This document shows, piece after piece, positions 17,729-25,204 of a DNA stretch of 30,213 bases. This stretch comes from a virus (Duplodnaviria; Caudoviricetes), in IMG/VR virus record IMGVR_UViG_3300005323_000358, positions 1 through 30,213 of that record. One strand, given 5' to 3'. The translations under genes and the position numbers were made by a program. Positions within the stretch are counted from its first letter, which is position 1; each line of letters begins with the position of its first letter. The notes beneath the pieces were generated by a model, which was given only the letters and a program-made list of their open reading frames with translations, was not told where the DNA came from and did not search any database.

Positions 17729-18469
17729 TTATATTCGGTCTTCGTCATAGCCTGGGATTTTAATCATTCTGTAAAATAAATATGGATAATGATGTTCAGT
17801 ATGACCTCTCTTGACAACTGCAATGTAATAACCCTTTAGAGGCTTTGGCTCCTCTTGCCATGAACTAGCATGTACTACTTTTATTTTTGGTTCTGGATGG
17901 ATTAAGTTATTACTGCTGATCCAGCGGCGACCGTGTACTTTATCCTCGGTATTAAATGTGTTTTTACTCTCTTTAATAAAATAATTTGTAAGCCTTTCAC
18001 AATCTTCTGGTTCTCCACCGAAAAGCTGTATTTTAGTAAAACCAAATTTCCAAAACTTTTTAATTAGCTTGATTCCTAAATCAGCATTATTAATTAGTAA
18101 ATGGTGATGTATCCGCCCTTTTTTATGTTCTGTTACGCCTATATATTTCAATACAGCTCCTACTTTTTTGTATTGGTAACGTAATTTATCAATATATTTT
18201 GTAAAAAAGACTTTTGCCTCTTTAGGTTGTGGTTCTTCCATGTGTTTTCCATAAGTACAAGTTAGGTATAAATCATCTGCTTTAAAATTAGCACTCATGT
18301 CATAGTACAGGTTGTCAAAGGATCTTCTTTCATTGCCTTTTTGTTGTAATTCAGAAGTAGTATTCATATTTTTACTTCTTGGTCGTTTATGTGAGCTATT
18401 TCTAGCCGTATGGTATTTTATAACATCTTTGACCTTTCCTGCTGTTATTGTTTTCTCTCTGTACGACAT
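17729..18469 (-). CDS. HUH rolling-circle replication initiator-like protein
   Basis: Motif 1 YLTCTY, motif 2 RIHHHLLIN, W.FG, motif 3 LTNYFIKE, RRW.SSNNL; RBS AGGAG precedes ATG 18469. Confidence 0.82.
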   Translation of the reverse strand: MSYREKTITAGKVKDVIKYHTARNSSHKRPRSKNMNTTSELQQKGNERRSFDNLYYDMSANFKADDLYLTCTYGKHMEEPQPKEAKVFFTKYIDKLRYQYKKVGAVLKYIGVTEHKKGRIHHHLLINNADLGIKLIKKFWKFGFTKIQLFGGEPEDCERLTNYFIKESKNTFNTEDKVHGRRWISSNNLIHPEPKIKVVHASSWQEEPKPLKGYYIAVVKRGHTEHHYPYLFYRMIKIPGYDEDRI

Positions 18470-18610
18470 ATAATTTCTCCTATTTTCAACTATATTTTCT
18501 ATTCGGTATATTATTTTCAAAATTGAATATACTGTGAATAGGAAGTATATAGTTTTCTTCTAGTATTAATTAACTTTATCAAGTCAATTACGGCCTCAAG
18601 CCGTTTTTTA

Positions 18611-18720
18611 TTGATATTTTTTCGTACATAGAATATAATTAATTAAGCGAATTACATCATATGTACAGACCTTTCTAGTAAACCCTTACGAGCTATTTGC
18701 AGTAGCTTGTAAGGGTTTTT
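18611..18720 (+). ncRNA. Putative ~75-nt antisense RNA (promoter plus terminator) upstream of rep
   Basis: TTGATA-17-TATAAT (18611-18639) and a 16-bp stem terminator 18680-18720 with a T tail; no ORF between them. Confidence 0.55.
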
Positions 18721-18740
18721 AGTTTACCTCCATCAAAAGT

Positions 18741-19661
18741 TTATTGTAATTTCTCTGCCATTTTGCCAAGAAGTCCGTTGACAGCATTTTTATATTTTCC
18801 ATATGTTTCCATGTCAACTTCTTTGATCTCAGCTAATGACCCAAGCAATCCCTGAAATCCACTTTTTATTGAATCAAAATAAACAGCAAACTTTAGAATC
18901 TCAGGACTTTGCCGACTGGCTTGCTCTTCGAGGCTCTTATTTTTTTCTCTTAATTCATTAAGCTCCTGCTCAATCTCTTCCGGGACTTCTTTAATGACCG
19001 TAGGCTCTAATGTGATAGGCTCATTGATTTTATCCGTTAACTCCTGCACTTTTTGCTGAGCTTCTTCTAGATCAGCTTCTAACTGGCTTATCTTCTCGGA
19101 ATCGCCATCCTCTTTGGCTTCTTCCAGCAAGGCATTTACCTTTTTTAGAGATTCCTCGGCATCCTTTGCCCTTTTTTCAGCGGCCTGTTTCAATATGTTT
19201 TGGCTTTCTTGGGCCGTTACAGCTTCACTAGCTTTCTTTTCCGCTTCTTCGGCTCTTTTCTCCGCGTCTTTTTGGGCTTTAACGGCCTCCTGCAGTTGAC
19301 GGGTAGACATGTTTTCAATATCATTTTCTTGGATAAATTCTTCTTTATCTGGTACTCCGAGAAGGGCTACAGCCTGCGTGTAGCTTAGATTTCCAAGCGC
19401 TTGGCTTTTTGAATTATCGCCAAATAAGGCAATTTGATTAGCTCCGTATTCCTCGAAAATTCGCATTAAATTATTTGCTGTACTTTTTGAGTAATCTATA
19501 TGGTTTTTCAGCCAATCTCCCCACTCTCCATGATCAACTAATAACTTAGCTTCATGTAGTCTACGCCCAATTTCAATACTGTTACAAAGAATCATGGTCC
19601 TAGTTTGGTCTTTAATGCTATTGATTTCAGCTGCTATGATTACTGGTGTTCTTACCGTCAC
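18741..19661 (-). CDS. DUF3102 domain protein
   Basis: IEIGRRL.EAK..V.HGEW..WL, STANNLMRIFEEY, LSYTQAVALL; coiled-coil tail. Confidence 0.88.
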   Translation of the reverse strand: MTVRTPVIIAAEINSIKDQTRTMILCNSIEIGRRLHEAKLLVDHGEWGDWLKNHIDYSKSTANNLMRIFEEYGANQIALFGDNSKSQALGNLSYTQAVALLGVPDKEEFIQENDIENMSTRQLQEAVKAQKDAEKRAEEAEKKASEAVTAQESQNILKQAAEKRAKDAEESLKKVNALLEEAKEDGDSEKISQLEADLEEAQQKVQELTDKINEPITLEPTVIKEVPEEIEQELNELREKNKSLEEQASRQSPEILKFAVYFDSIKSGFQGLLGSLAEIKEVDMETYGKYKNAVNGLLGKMAEKLQ

Positions 19662-19690
19662 AACTTCACCTATGTTAATTCCTCCCCTTA

Positions 19691-21298
19691 TTATGCAGAT
19701 ATAACTTGTTTGGCTATAGGTATGGTCACGTCATGTGTTTTTATATCAATGTTTGCCTTTTCAGCCCAAGAGATTACCTCAGTATTTAACTGATCATCCT
19801 TGGCCAATCGTTGATTATTAATAAGCTTAGCTTGTACTAAGGCATTTCCTACAACCTCAAGGCACGCTACCAGCTTTCCTTTGTCGTTGGCAACTAGTAC
19901 AATCCATTTTTTATGACCTTCCATTGCGACTGCATAACTGGCTACACAATTATGCAGTTCTTTCCCAGCTGCGACTAGCTCCCTTGATTCTTTAGGTAGG
20001 AAGAATTTAATTTGTTCCTTCTGCATCGATAAGCGATTAATAATATAATCCGGAACATCTAAAATTAAATTTTTATGCCCCTGTTCACGATGTTTTTTAG
20101 CCATCCAATTATGTAAATCTCTAATTCTTATGCTTTCATCCATTAGGGTGCGCTTACTGTCTTTAGTTAGCTGGTCGTAAAGCCGAGAACAGTCGTCAAT
20201 ATTTATTTTTTCAGCGTTTTCTGCTAAATCTACTAATCCACTTTCACCGTATTTAACTAGCATGCCATGTAAAAAATTAAATAAATTTTTCATATCCAAC
20301 CGCGCTTGTTGCTTATTCAATATTAGCTTAATCGTTGTATACATTCTGATTGCATAATCGTAATTTTTTACTAAATTAAATGATTCTACTAATCTTCGAT
20401 ATTCAAAGAAGTCTTTTTCTATTTCACGTCTTACTGCTGCTTTATTTGGCAATCCTGTCGAGGTAATAACTGCTGTTATGAAATCAGTACCTTTTCTAGC
20501 TATGGACATAGCCTGTTGTATAAAAGAGTAATCCGTGATCAAGTGTCTTTCCCACATAACTTTTATATCTGATATATGCTCTCGGTACATCTCAGATAAA
20601 TTATGTGCATCAGGGAAGGTTACTCTAAATGCTATATTTTTTAGTGGAGTTAAGAACATACCATGACGCGTTCCTGAACTAACATACATAGATTTTATTT
20701 TGTGCCCGAAGTGTTTTTCCATTTTATTCTGCACGGCTTCACGCAGTTCTTTTATAAATGCAACTAATTCAGGCTTTCGATTAGTGACTACTAAACTATC
20801 TGCTGTGAAAAATCTCAAAATACTGTCTTGGAATAGATCCAGTTCAAAAGGATTTCCAATATCAATTGCATGTACAGGTGATTTATTAAGCCAGCTATTA
20901 AACGTTGCAGTTTGTTTTGCTATATCAAATCTAAAAGTTTCTTTACCTCTTCTGCTCCGCACCCTGTATGCACCATCAAAGAAAACTGCGTCATAATATA
21001 CTTCTAAAACAACTAAATCCTTAAATGTTTTTAAGCTAAGCCTAACCTTATTAGGGCAATACTCATTATTTTTTAGGTAGGCAACATTCTTATAGTGTTG
21101 CTTCCCACAATAGGTGCAATGAAAATATGTCCCTCGTTCATACATGCTCATACTGCCAGGCGATACTCCCCAAGCACTGGCAAAGGCCTGGTCGCACTCT
21201 TCGCAAAAGTATTGGGTATGATTAAGCTGATTTACACAGCCCAGACGTTCCGCGTAAGCCGTGAACATTTGAGGGATTTTAATTTCTGAAACATTCAA
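19691..21298 (-). CDS. PcfJ-domain protein
   Basis: C-terminal LHNW...LPK...EL...G..LHNCVASY...ACLEV...LVQAK..NN; N-terminal CxxC pairs. Confidence 0.85.
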   Translation of the reverse strand: MNVSEIKIPQMFTAYAERLGCVNQLNHTQYFCEECDQAFASAWGVSPGSMSMYERGTYFHCTYCGKQHYKNVAYLKNNEYCPNKVRLSLKTFKDLVVLEVYYDAVFFDGAYRVRSRRGKETFRFDIAKQTATFNSWLNKSPVHAIDIGNPFELDLFQDSILRFFTADSLVVTNRKPELVAFIKELREAVQNKMEKHFGHKIKSMYVSSGTRHGMFLTPLKNIAFRVTFPDAHNLSEMYREHISDIKVMWERHLITDYSFIQQAMSIARKGTDFITAVITSTGLPNKAAVRREIEKDFFEYRRLVESFNLVKNYDYAIRMYTTIKLILNKQQARLDMKNLFNFLHGMLVKYGESGLVDLAENAEKINIDDCSRLYDQLTKDSKRTLMDESIRIRDLHNWMAKKHREQGHKNLILDVPDYIINRLSMQKEQIKFFLPKESRELVAAGKELHNCVASYAVAMEGHKKWIVLVANDKGKLVACLEVVGNALVQAKLINNQRLAKDDQLNTEVISWAEKANIDIKTHDVTIPIAKQVISA

Positions 21299-21311
21299 CT
21301 AATCCACCCCC

Positions 21312-21683
21312 CTACAGAAAATCATCAAGGCTGATATCAAAGTCAACCTCTGATTTCTTTGGAGTAGTAACCGGCTTTTGAATGGTAGCTGCCACTGGTG
21401 CCGGAATAGTTACTGCTGATCCAATTCCGAAATATTTTAGTACAATAGCAAACCCTTCTTCAGGAGTAAACATCGCGCAATTATCAACTTTCTTTTTACT
21501 AGCCTCTTTGCGCATTTCATCTAGGCTCTTGGCAATGGTCTTATCCTGGACCATAAATTTATCTGCATCCTGGTTGTTTTTATCTAAGTGACTGAGTAAA
21601 AATCCTCCAACTACCTGGACGTAAGAATTTTTCTTGCTACTTTCCATTTCAGCTTTTAACTTTTCAACCGCTTGCTGATACAT
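21312..21683 (-). CDS. PcfK-like protein
   Basis: DKTIAKSLDEMRKEASKK..NCAMFT.EEGF.IVLKYFG, acidic SLDDFL end; directly upstream of pcfJ. Confidence 0.7.
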   Translation of the reverse strand: MYQQAVEKLKAEMESSKKNSYVQVVGGFLLSHLDKNNQDADKFMVQDKTIAKSLDEMRKEASKKKVDNCAMFTPEEGFAIVLKYFGIGSAVTIPAPVAATIQKPVTTPKKSEVDFDISLDDFL

Positions 21684-21686
21684 ATA

Positions 21687-21884
21687 TCATCCTACCCTTT
21701 CAATTTTTCTCGTTTTTTCGAAATTGGTACAAGCCTTTTGGTCTTCTGATACTGTTATTGCCACTTTCCGATCACCGTTACGTTCTACTTGATAACAAAC
21801 TTTTTTACCCGCCCCACGATATGCATCATGATTAATAAAATGACAGTCACCACATCGGCGCGGTTGATATGCTGCTTTAGCCAT
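21687..21884 (-). CDS. Small Cys-containing hypothetical protein
   Basis: CGDCHF..C..ACTNF; RBS AGGGGTGA. Confidence 0.65.
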   Translation of the reverse strand: MAKAAYQPRRCGDCHFINHDAYRGAGKKVCYQVERNGDRKVAITVSEDQKACTNFEKTRKIERVG

Positions 21885-21933
21885 ATAATCACCCCTTTTA
21901 CTTTAGGTATTAATATTTACTTGTCTTATAACT

Positions 21934-21958
21934 AGGAAATTTATGGTTTTTGTCGAAG
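21934..21958 (+). promoter_or_regulatory. SigmaH-type promoter overlapping a Spo0A box
   Basis: AGGAAAT-11-GTCGAAG; TGTCGAA at 21951-21957. Confidence 0.6.
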
Positions 21959-21986
21959 TATCACTTCGAAGGGAGGTGATACTTCT

Positions 21987-22370
21987 ATGAAAAATAAAAC
22001 ACCAAAAAAATATGTAACTATAGATCTTTCTGATAAAGAGTGTAAATCTATTTTTGAAGCCATGGACATGCTAGACCGACATATTTACGAGTTTGATGTA
22101 AGAGTCCCTGGAAAGACTGCTTCCTGCATCGGTTCTGCTCTTGCTAAAATGAGAAATTTCAACTTTGACATTGACACTAGCGATAAGGAGATTGAACTCC
22201 CTTTAACCAATAATGAATTCGCTGCTGCGTGCTATTCTCTAACCTATATTCTGCATTTAATAAATGAAGAAGGGTATGGAGCAGATGAACTAGATGATTT
22301 TCTCGTTGATTCCGACTTTATACGTGGTTTATTCGAAAAAATCCGTCTTTTTCTCGACCCAGATTCTTGA
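21987..22370 (+). CDS. Counter-oriented accessory gene (acidic, 127 aa), unknown function
   Basis: RBS GGGAGGTGA, its own promoter and a terminator at 22456-22484. Confidence 0.78.
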   Translation: MKNKTPKKYVTIDLSDKECKSIFEAMDMLDRHIYEFDVRVPGKTASCIGSALAKMRNFNFDIDTSDKEIELPLTNNEFAAACYSLTYILHLINEEGYGADELDDFLVDSDFIRGLFEKIRLFLDPDS

Positions 22371-22450
22371 TTTTGATAACTCAATACTGTCCTCTCTTCT
22401 TTTACTTGGTTAATCACTATTTTTGCAACGTACGGCATTTTTACCCTCAC
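22244..22450 (-). CDS. Possible small protein overlapping the accessory gene tail-to-tail
   Basis: 68-aa ORF; GTGAGGG precedes an in-frame ATG; most of it is antisense to 21987..22370. Confidence 0.35.
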   Translation of the reverse strand: MRVKMPYVAKIVINQVKEERTVLSYQNQESGSRKRRIFSNKPRIKSESTRKSSSSSAPYPSSFIKCRI

Positions 22451-22455
22451 CTTCC

Positions 22456-22484
22456 GCCTGGCAGATTGATACTGCCGGGCTTTT
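22456..22484 (+). terminator. Intrinsic terminator
   Basis: GCCTGGCAG-attgata-CTGCCGGGC-TTTT. Confidence 0.7.
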
Positions 22485-22511
22485 CTATTTACTTATAACG
22501 AAAGGCAGGTC

Positions 22512-22826
22512 TTAACCCGCCCCTTTTAATGCTTCTGGTATCGGGATACCGTTTTCGTTCATATATTTAATGCTCTCTACAACATCTAAAATAGTGAACC
22601 ATGTCACCCCAAATACTTTCTTTTGTAACTCATACGGCATTTTCCCATTGTCGTATTTCCGTTTTACCAAAATAACCTCTGCTTCTATTTTATTGAAAAG
22701 GTTAAGAGTAACCTGAGCTGTTAAATCATTCTTACTGCTCATGCTAATATTAAGAGCCCCAGGTTCGGATTTGAAAACATTAGCCACAATCGTTAAATTT
22801 GAAGATAATTGCTCGATATTCATCAT
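22512..22826 (-). CDS. Hypothetical protein
   Basis: 104 aa, ATGA overlap. Confidence 0.68.
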   Translation of the reverse strand: MMNIEQLSSNLTIVANVFKSEPGALNISMSSKNDLTAQVTLNLFNKIEAEVILVKRKYDNGKMPYELQKKVFGVTWFTILDVVESIKYMNENGIPIPEALKGAG

Positions 22827-23083
22827 GCTACTGCCACCATCCTTATCTCTACTGGCTCATGGAGCATTTCCGCAATCGCATAAGCGTGCCCAAATGCATT
22901 ATAATTATTCCTAACACCAATTTCTAAATAGGCTTTCCAAAGCTCTTCTAACTCCTGACGATCTACTGACTGGATTAATTCGGACTTCATGGCATACTCA
23001 TAACCTTTTTGATATTCAATAACGTTCTGCTTTAAAAGCATATTGTGCATTTTTTTGAAATACTTAAATGTTAATCCACTCAT
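22823..23083 (-). CDS. Hypothetical protein
   Basis: 86 aa, RBS AAGGAGG. Confidence 0.7.
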   Translation of the reverse strand: MSGLTFKYFKKMHNMLLKQNVIEYQKGYEYAMKSELIQSVDRQELEELWKAYLEIGVRNNYNAFGHAYAIAEMLHEPVEIRMVAVA

Positions 23084-23096
23084 AATAACGCCCTCC

Positions 23097-23184
23097 TTGA
23101 CCTCCGACTACACGGCGTGTTATAATCGGGGTGAATTTGATCAACTTTTTAAAGTCATCTGCGCTCCAACGCAGGTGATTTTTT
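23097..23184 (+). ncRNA. Putative ~55-nt antisense RNA unit
   Basis: TTGACC-18-TATAAT with extended TG; terminator AAAGTCATCTGCG-ctccaa-CGCAGGTGATTTTTT. Confidence 0.5.
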
Positions 23185-23229
23185 CATGTCTAAACCACTA
23201 TCTCTCTTTTAACTTTACAAATTATTACA

Positions 23230-23255
23230 AGGATTTTTCTTCCTTCTTGTCGAAT
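23230..23255 (+). promoter_or_regulatory. SigmaH-type promoter overlapping a Spo0A box
   Basis: AGGATTT-12-GTCGAAT; TGTCGAA at 23248-23254. Confidence 0.68.
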
Positions 23256-23281
23256 ATTGACGGTGAAGGGAGGTGATATAT

Positions 23282-23527
23282 ATGCAATTAGGGTTAACTG
23301 CCGAACAGATGGTGAAAATTACTAATCATATTTGGGAAAGTCATCACGAAATATTTGACAAAGCCGTTACTAAAGCAACAGAGCGCGGTGAAAACGACAT
23401 AGTAAAATTATCAAATGGGCTTATTGCTGTTTCTAAAATTGTTGTTCCAACTGCGATATTTACGGTTATCGAAGAAAACAACAAACTCATTTCTGCTCAG
23501 ATTGAGGAGTTACTAAAGCAGAAATAG
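23282..23527 (+). CDS. Counter-oriented accessory gene (81 aa), unknown function
   Basis: RBS GGGAGGTGA before ATG 23282; terminator at 23595-23627. Confidence 0.72.
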   Translation: MQLGLTAEQMVKITNHIWESHHEIFDKAVTKATERGENDIVKLSNGLIAVSKIVVPTAIFTVIEENNKLISAQIEELLKQK

Positions 23528-23642
23528 CCGTATAGCTCATAGAATCATTATTTAACATTTCAACCATTAAAGAAACTTTTTCGCTTTCATTCCGCTGGTC
23601 TGAATCTTCCCCATTCAGGCCAGTTTTATTTTTATCGGTCAT
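23487..23642 (-). CDS. 51-aa hypothetical protein
   Basis: Read by hand: MTDKNKTGLNGEDSDQRNESEKVSLMVEML...; RBS GAGGTGA; overlaps the 3' end of the plus-strand gene. Confidence 0.5.
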   Translation of the reverse strand: MTDKNKTGLNGEDSDQRNESEKVSLMVEMLNNDSMSYTAISALVTPQSEQK

Positions 23643-23687
23643 GATCTCACCTCGCTTTCAGCTTGTACACTTTTGGGGTAGCAGGGG

Positions 23688-23849
23688 TTAGCCTGCTTTA
23701 TTGTTGAAAAGTTCAACATAATTAACTTTGGGATCAATTTCTTTTATTTTTTTCGCCCCCATTGGTATTAACAAAGCATCAAGCTTGGCTTGTTGTTCCT
23801 TCGAGGGGCAATTATTCCACTGACCGTTGTAATACCAACCTATGAACAT
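23688..23849 (-). CDS. 53-aa hypothetical protein
   Basis: Read by hand: MFIGWYYNGQWNNCPSKEQQAKLDALLIPMGAKKIKEIDPKVNYVELFNNKAG; RBS AAGGAG. Confidence 0.6.
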   Translation of the reverse strand: MFIGWYYNGQWNNCPSKEQQAKLDALLIPMGAKKIKEIDPKVNYVELFNNKAG

Positions 23850-23994
23850 CTTTTATCACTCTCCTTTTTATAAAGGTATGATTGACTGGTTGTCCAAAAT
23901 TACGCTTACTAATAGCGATGTAATCCGAGTGCATCGAACCGCTACCAGGCGCAATATTTTATTTCCTACACATGCCATGAACCCGCCCCTTTCT

Positions 23995-24234
23995 TTATGC
24001 TGTATGGCTTTTATTTCTTTCGCAAATAGCGACATTGTCAATTAAAAAAAAGCTGTTCAAATCATCAACAGATAGTATTTCAGCAATAGCGACTAACTCT
24101 TTAGCTAAAACTTCCTGTTTACCACTTTCAATTCGCGATAACCACCCACCATAATGCCCCATTCGTTCTTCTATAAATTTTTGCATTATACCTTTTGACT
24201 CTCTAATTTCGCGAATCCTAGCACCGATCGACAT
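23995..24234 (-). CDS. Cro-like XRE HTH regulator
   Basis: IGARIREIRESKGIMQ...WLSRIESGK; first gene of the leftward operon. Confidence 0.88.
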   Translation of the reverse strand: MSIGARIREIRESKGIMQKFIEERMGHYGGWLSRIESGKQEVLAKELVAIAEILSVDDLNSFFLIDNVAICERNKSHTA

Positions 24235-24278
24235 ATTAACACCTCGCTTTACTTTTTATTTTACCTTTCGATAAATTT

Positions 24279-24364
24279 ATTATATGTCTCCATTTGCGTA
24301 ATGTCAATATTTTCTTTCTCTATTTGAGAAAAAAATTGATTTTTATCTTAAAAGAAAGTATAAT
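24279..24364. promoter_or_regulatory. Divergent lytic/lysogenic switch promoters
   Basis: Minus strand TTGACA-17-TATAAT (24307-24279); plus strand TTGATT-17-TATAAT (24336-24364); palindrome TTTCTC-tattt-GAGAAA (24315-24331) between them. Confidence 0.85.
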
Positions 24365-24396
24365 TTGATTATAGCGACATGCAAAGGGGGTGTATT

Positions 24397-24768
24397 ATGG
24401 ATAATAAATTAAAGTTCACAATTGGTTCACGCATTAAGCAAGCGAGAGAAAAATCTGGTAAAACACAGAAGGAAGTAGCTACAATGCTGGGTTTTAAAAC
24501 TCCATCAATAATTAGTGAGTTTGAAAGCGGAAAAAAGGATATTACAGCTTCTGACCTTGGGAAGTTAGCTGAGTTATTAGGAGTGTCAATTAATTTTATT
24601 TTTGGAGTAGAAGAAGCACCAGCAACTAAACTTAAGTCTATCGCATTAGAAGAATTGCAAATAATTGAAGATGTCAGAGAATTTGATGAAGTAGATCACA
24701 ATATATTAAATCAATTAAGAGAGCGTAATAAAAATAAAAACAAAAACCTTTTCTCTTTTTCCTCGTAG
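24397..24768 (+). CDS. CI-like XRE repressor
   Basis: IGSRIKQAREKSGKTQKEVA...ISEFESGK; divergent from cro; RBS GGGGGTG precedes ATG 24397. Confidence 0.9.
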   Translation: MDNKLKFTIGSRIKQAREKSGKTQKEVATMLGFKTPSIISEFESGKKDITASDLGKLAELLGVSINFIFGVEEAPATKLKSIALEELQIIEDVREFDEVDHNILNQLRERNKNKNKNLFSFSS

Positions 24769-24769
24769 T

Positions 24770-24796
24770 TGTCGAAAACAGTTAAAAATTGTCGAA
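24770..24796 (+). promoter_or_regulatory. Two perfect Spo0A boxes, 20 bp apart
   Basis: TGTCGAA at 24770-24776 and 24790-24796. Confidence 0.55.
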
Positions 24797-24815
24797 GCAA
24801 TGCAGTATAAACCAA

Positions 24816-24853
24816 AATCCGCAACCGTTATTAACGGTATGCGGATTCTTTTT
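24816..24853 (+). terminator. Intrinsic terminator after the repressor
   Basis: AATCCGCAACCGTT-att-AACGGT(A)TGCGGATT then CTTTTT. Confidence 0.75.
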
Positions 24854-24870
24854 GTTTCAATGGCGTTTTC

Positions 24871-24910
24871 TACGACTGGCTACTACTAGCTTCAACTAGC
24901 TTACAGTAGC
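24871..24910 (+). repeat. Four imperfect 10-bp direct repeats
   Basis: TACGACTGGC TACTACTAGC TTCAACTAGC TTACAGTAGC, upstream of TG-c-TATAGT. Confidence 0.6.
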
Positions 24911-24939
24911 TAACTCTAATGCTATAGTATTTCTAAGAG

Positions 24940-25125
24940 GTGAAAATCTTGGGAGATCTAAAGCACAGGGGTTATTTAAACACTATAATACCTTTAGAAC
25001 AACGCGAACAAATTAGGACACTATCCAAGAAAACCAATATTCCTATTTCTAGATTGGTCGAAGAAGGTCTAAGAGATTTGTTAATAAAATACCACGTAAA
25101 CAGCCCATTACCAAATAAAAAGTAA
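24940..25125 (+). CDS. Ribbon-helix-helix DNA-binding protein
   Basis: LKHRGYLNTII...LSKKTNIPISRLVEEGLRDLLIKY, an RHH_3-type pattern. The start could be GTG 24940 or TTG 24949. Confidence 0.8.
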   Translation: MKILGDLKHRGYLNTIIPLEQREQIRTLSKKTNIPISRLVEEGLRDLLIKYHVNSPLPNKK

Positions 25126-25138
25126 TAGGCTGTTTTTA

Positions 25139-25182
25139 TTCGACAACTTATGACAAATTTTATAAATGTTACATGTTATATT
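25139..25182 (+). promoter_or_regulatory. Reverse-oriented Spo0A box pair plus extended -10
   Basis: TTCGACA (25139-25145), TATGACA (25149-25155), TG-t-TATATT (25174-25182). Confidence 0.5.
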
Positions 25183-25204
25183 GTGAATAAAAGGATTTGA
25201 TTAT

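Noticed and set aside
18561-18569. TAGTATTAA resembling the circovirus nonanucleotide TAGTATTAC
   Set aside because: Mismatch at the last base, no enclosing stem-loop, and AT-rich context makes chance likely.
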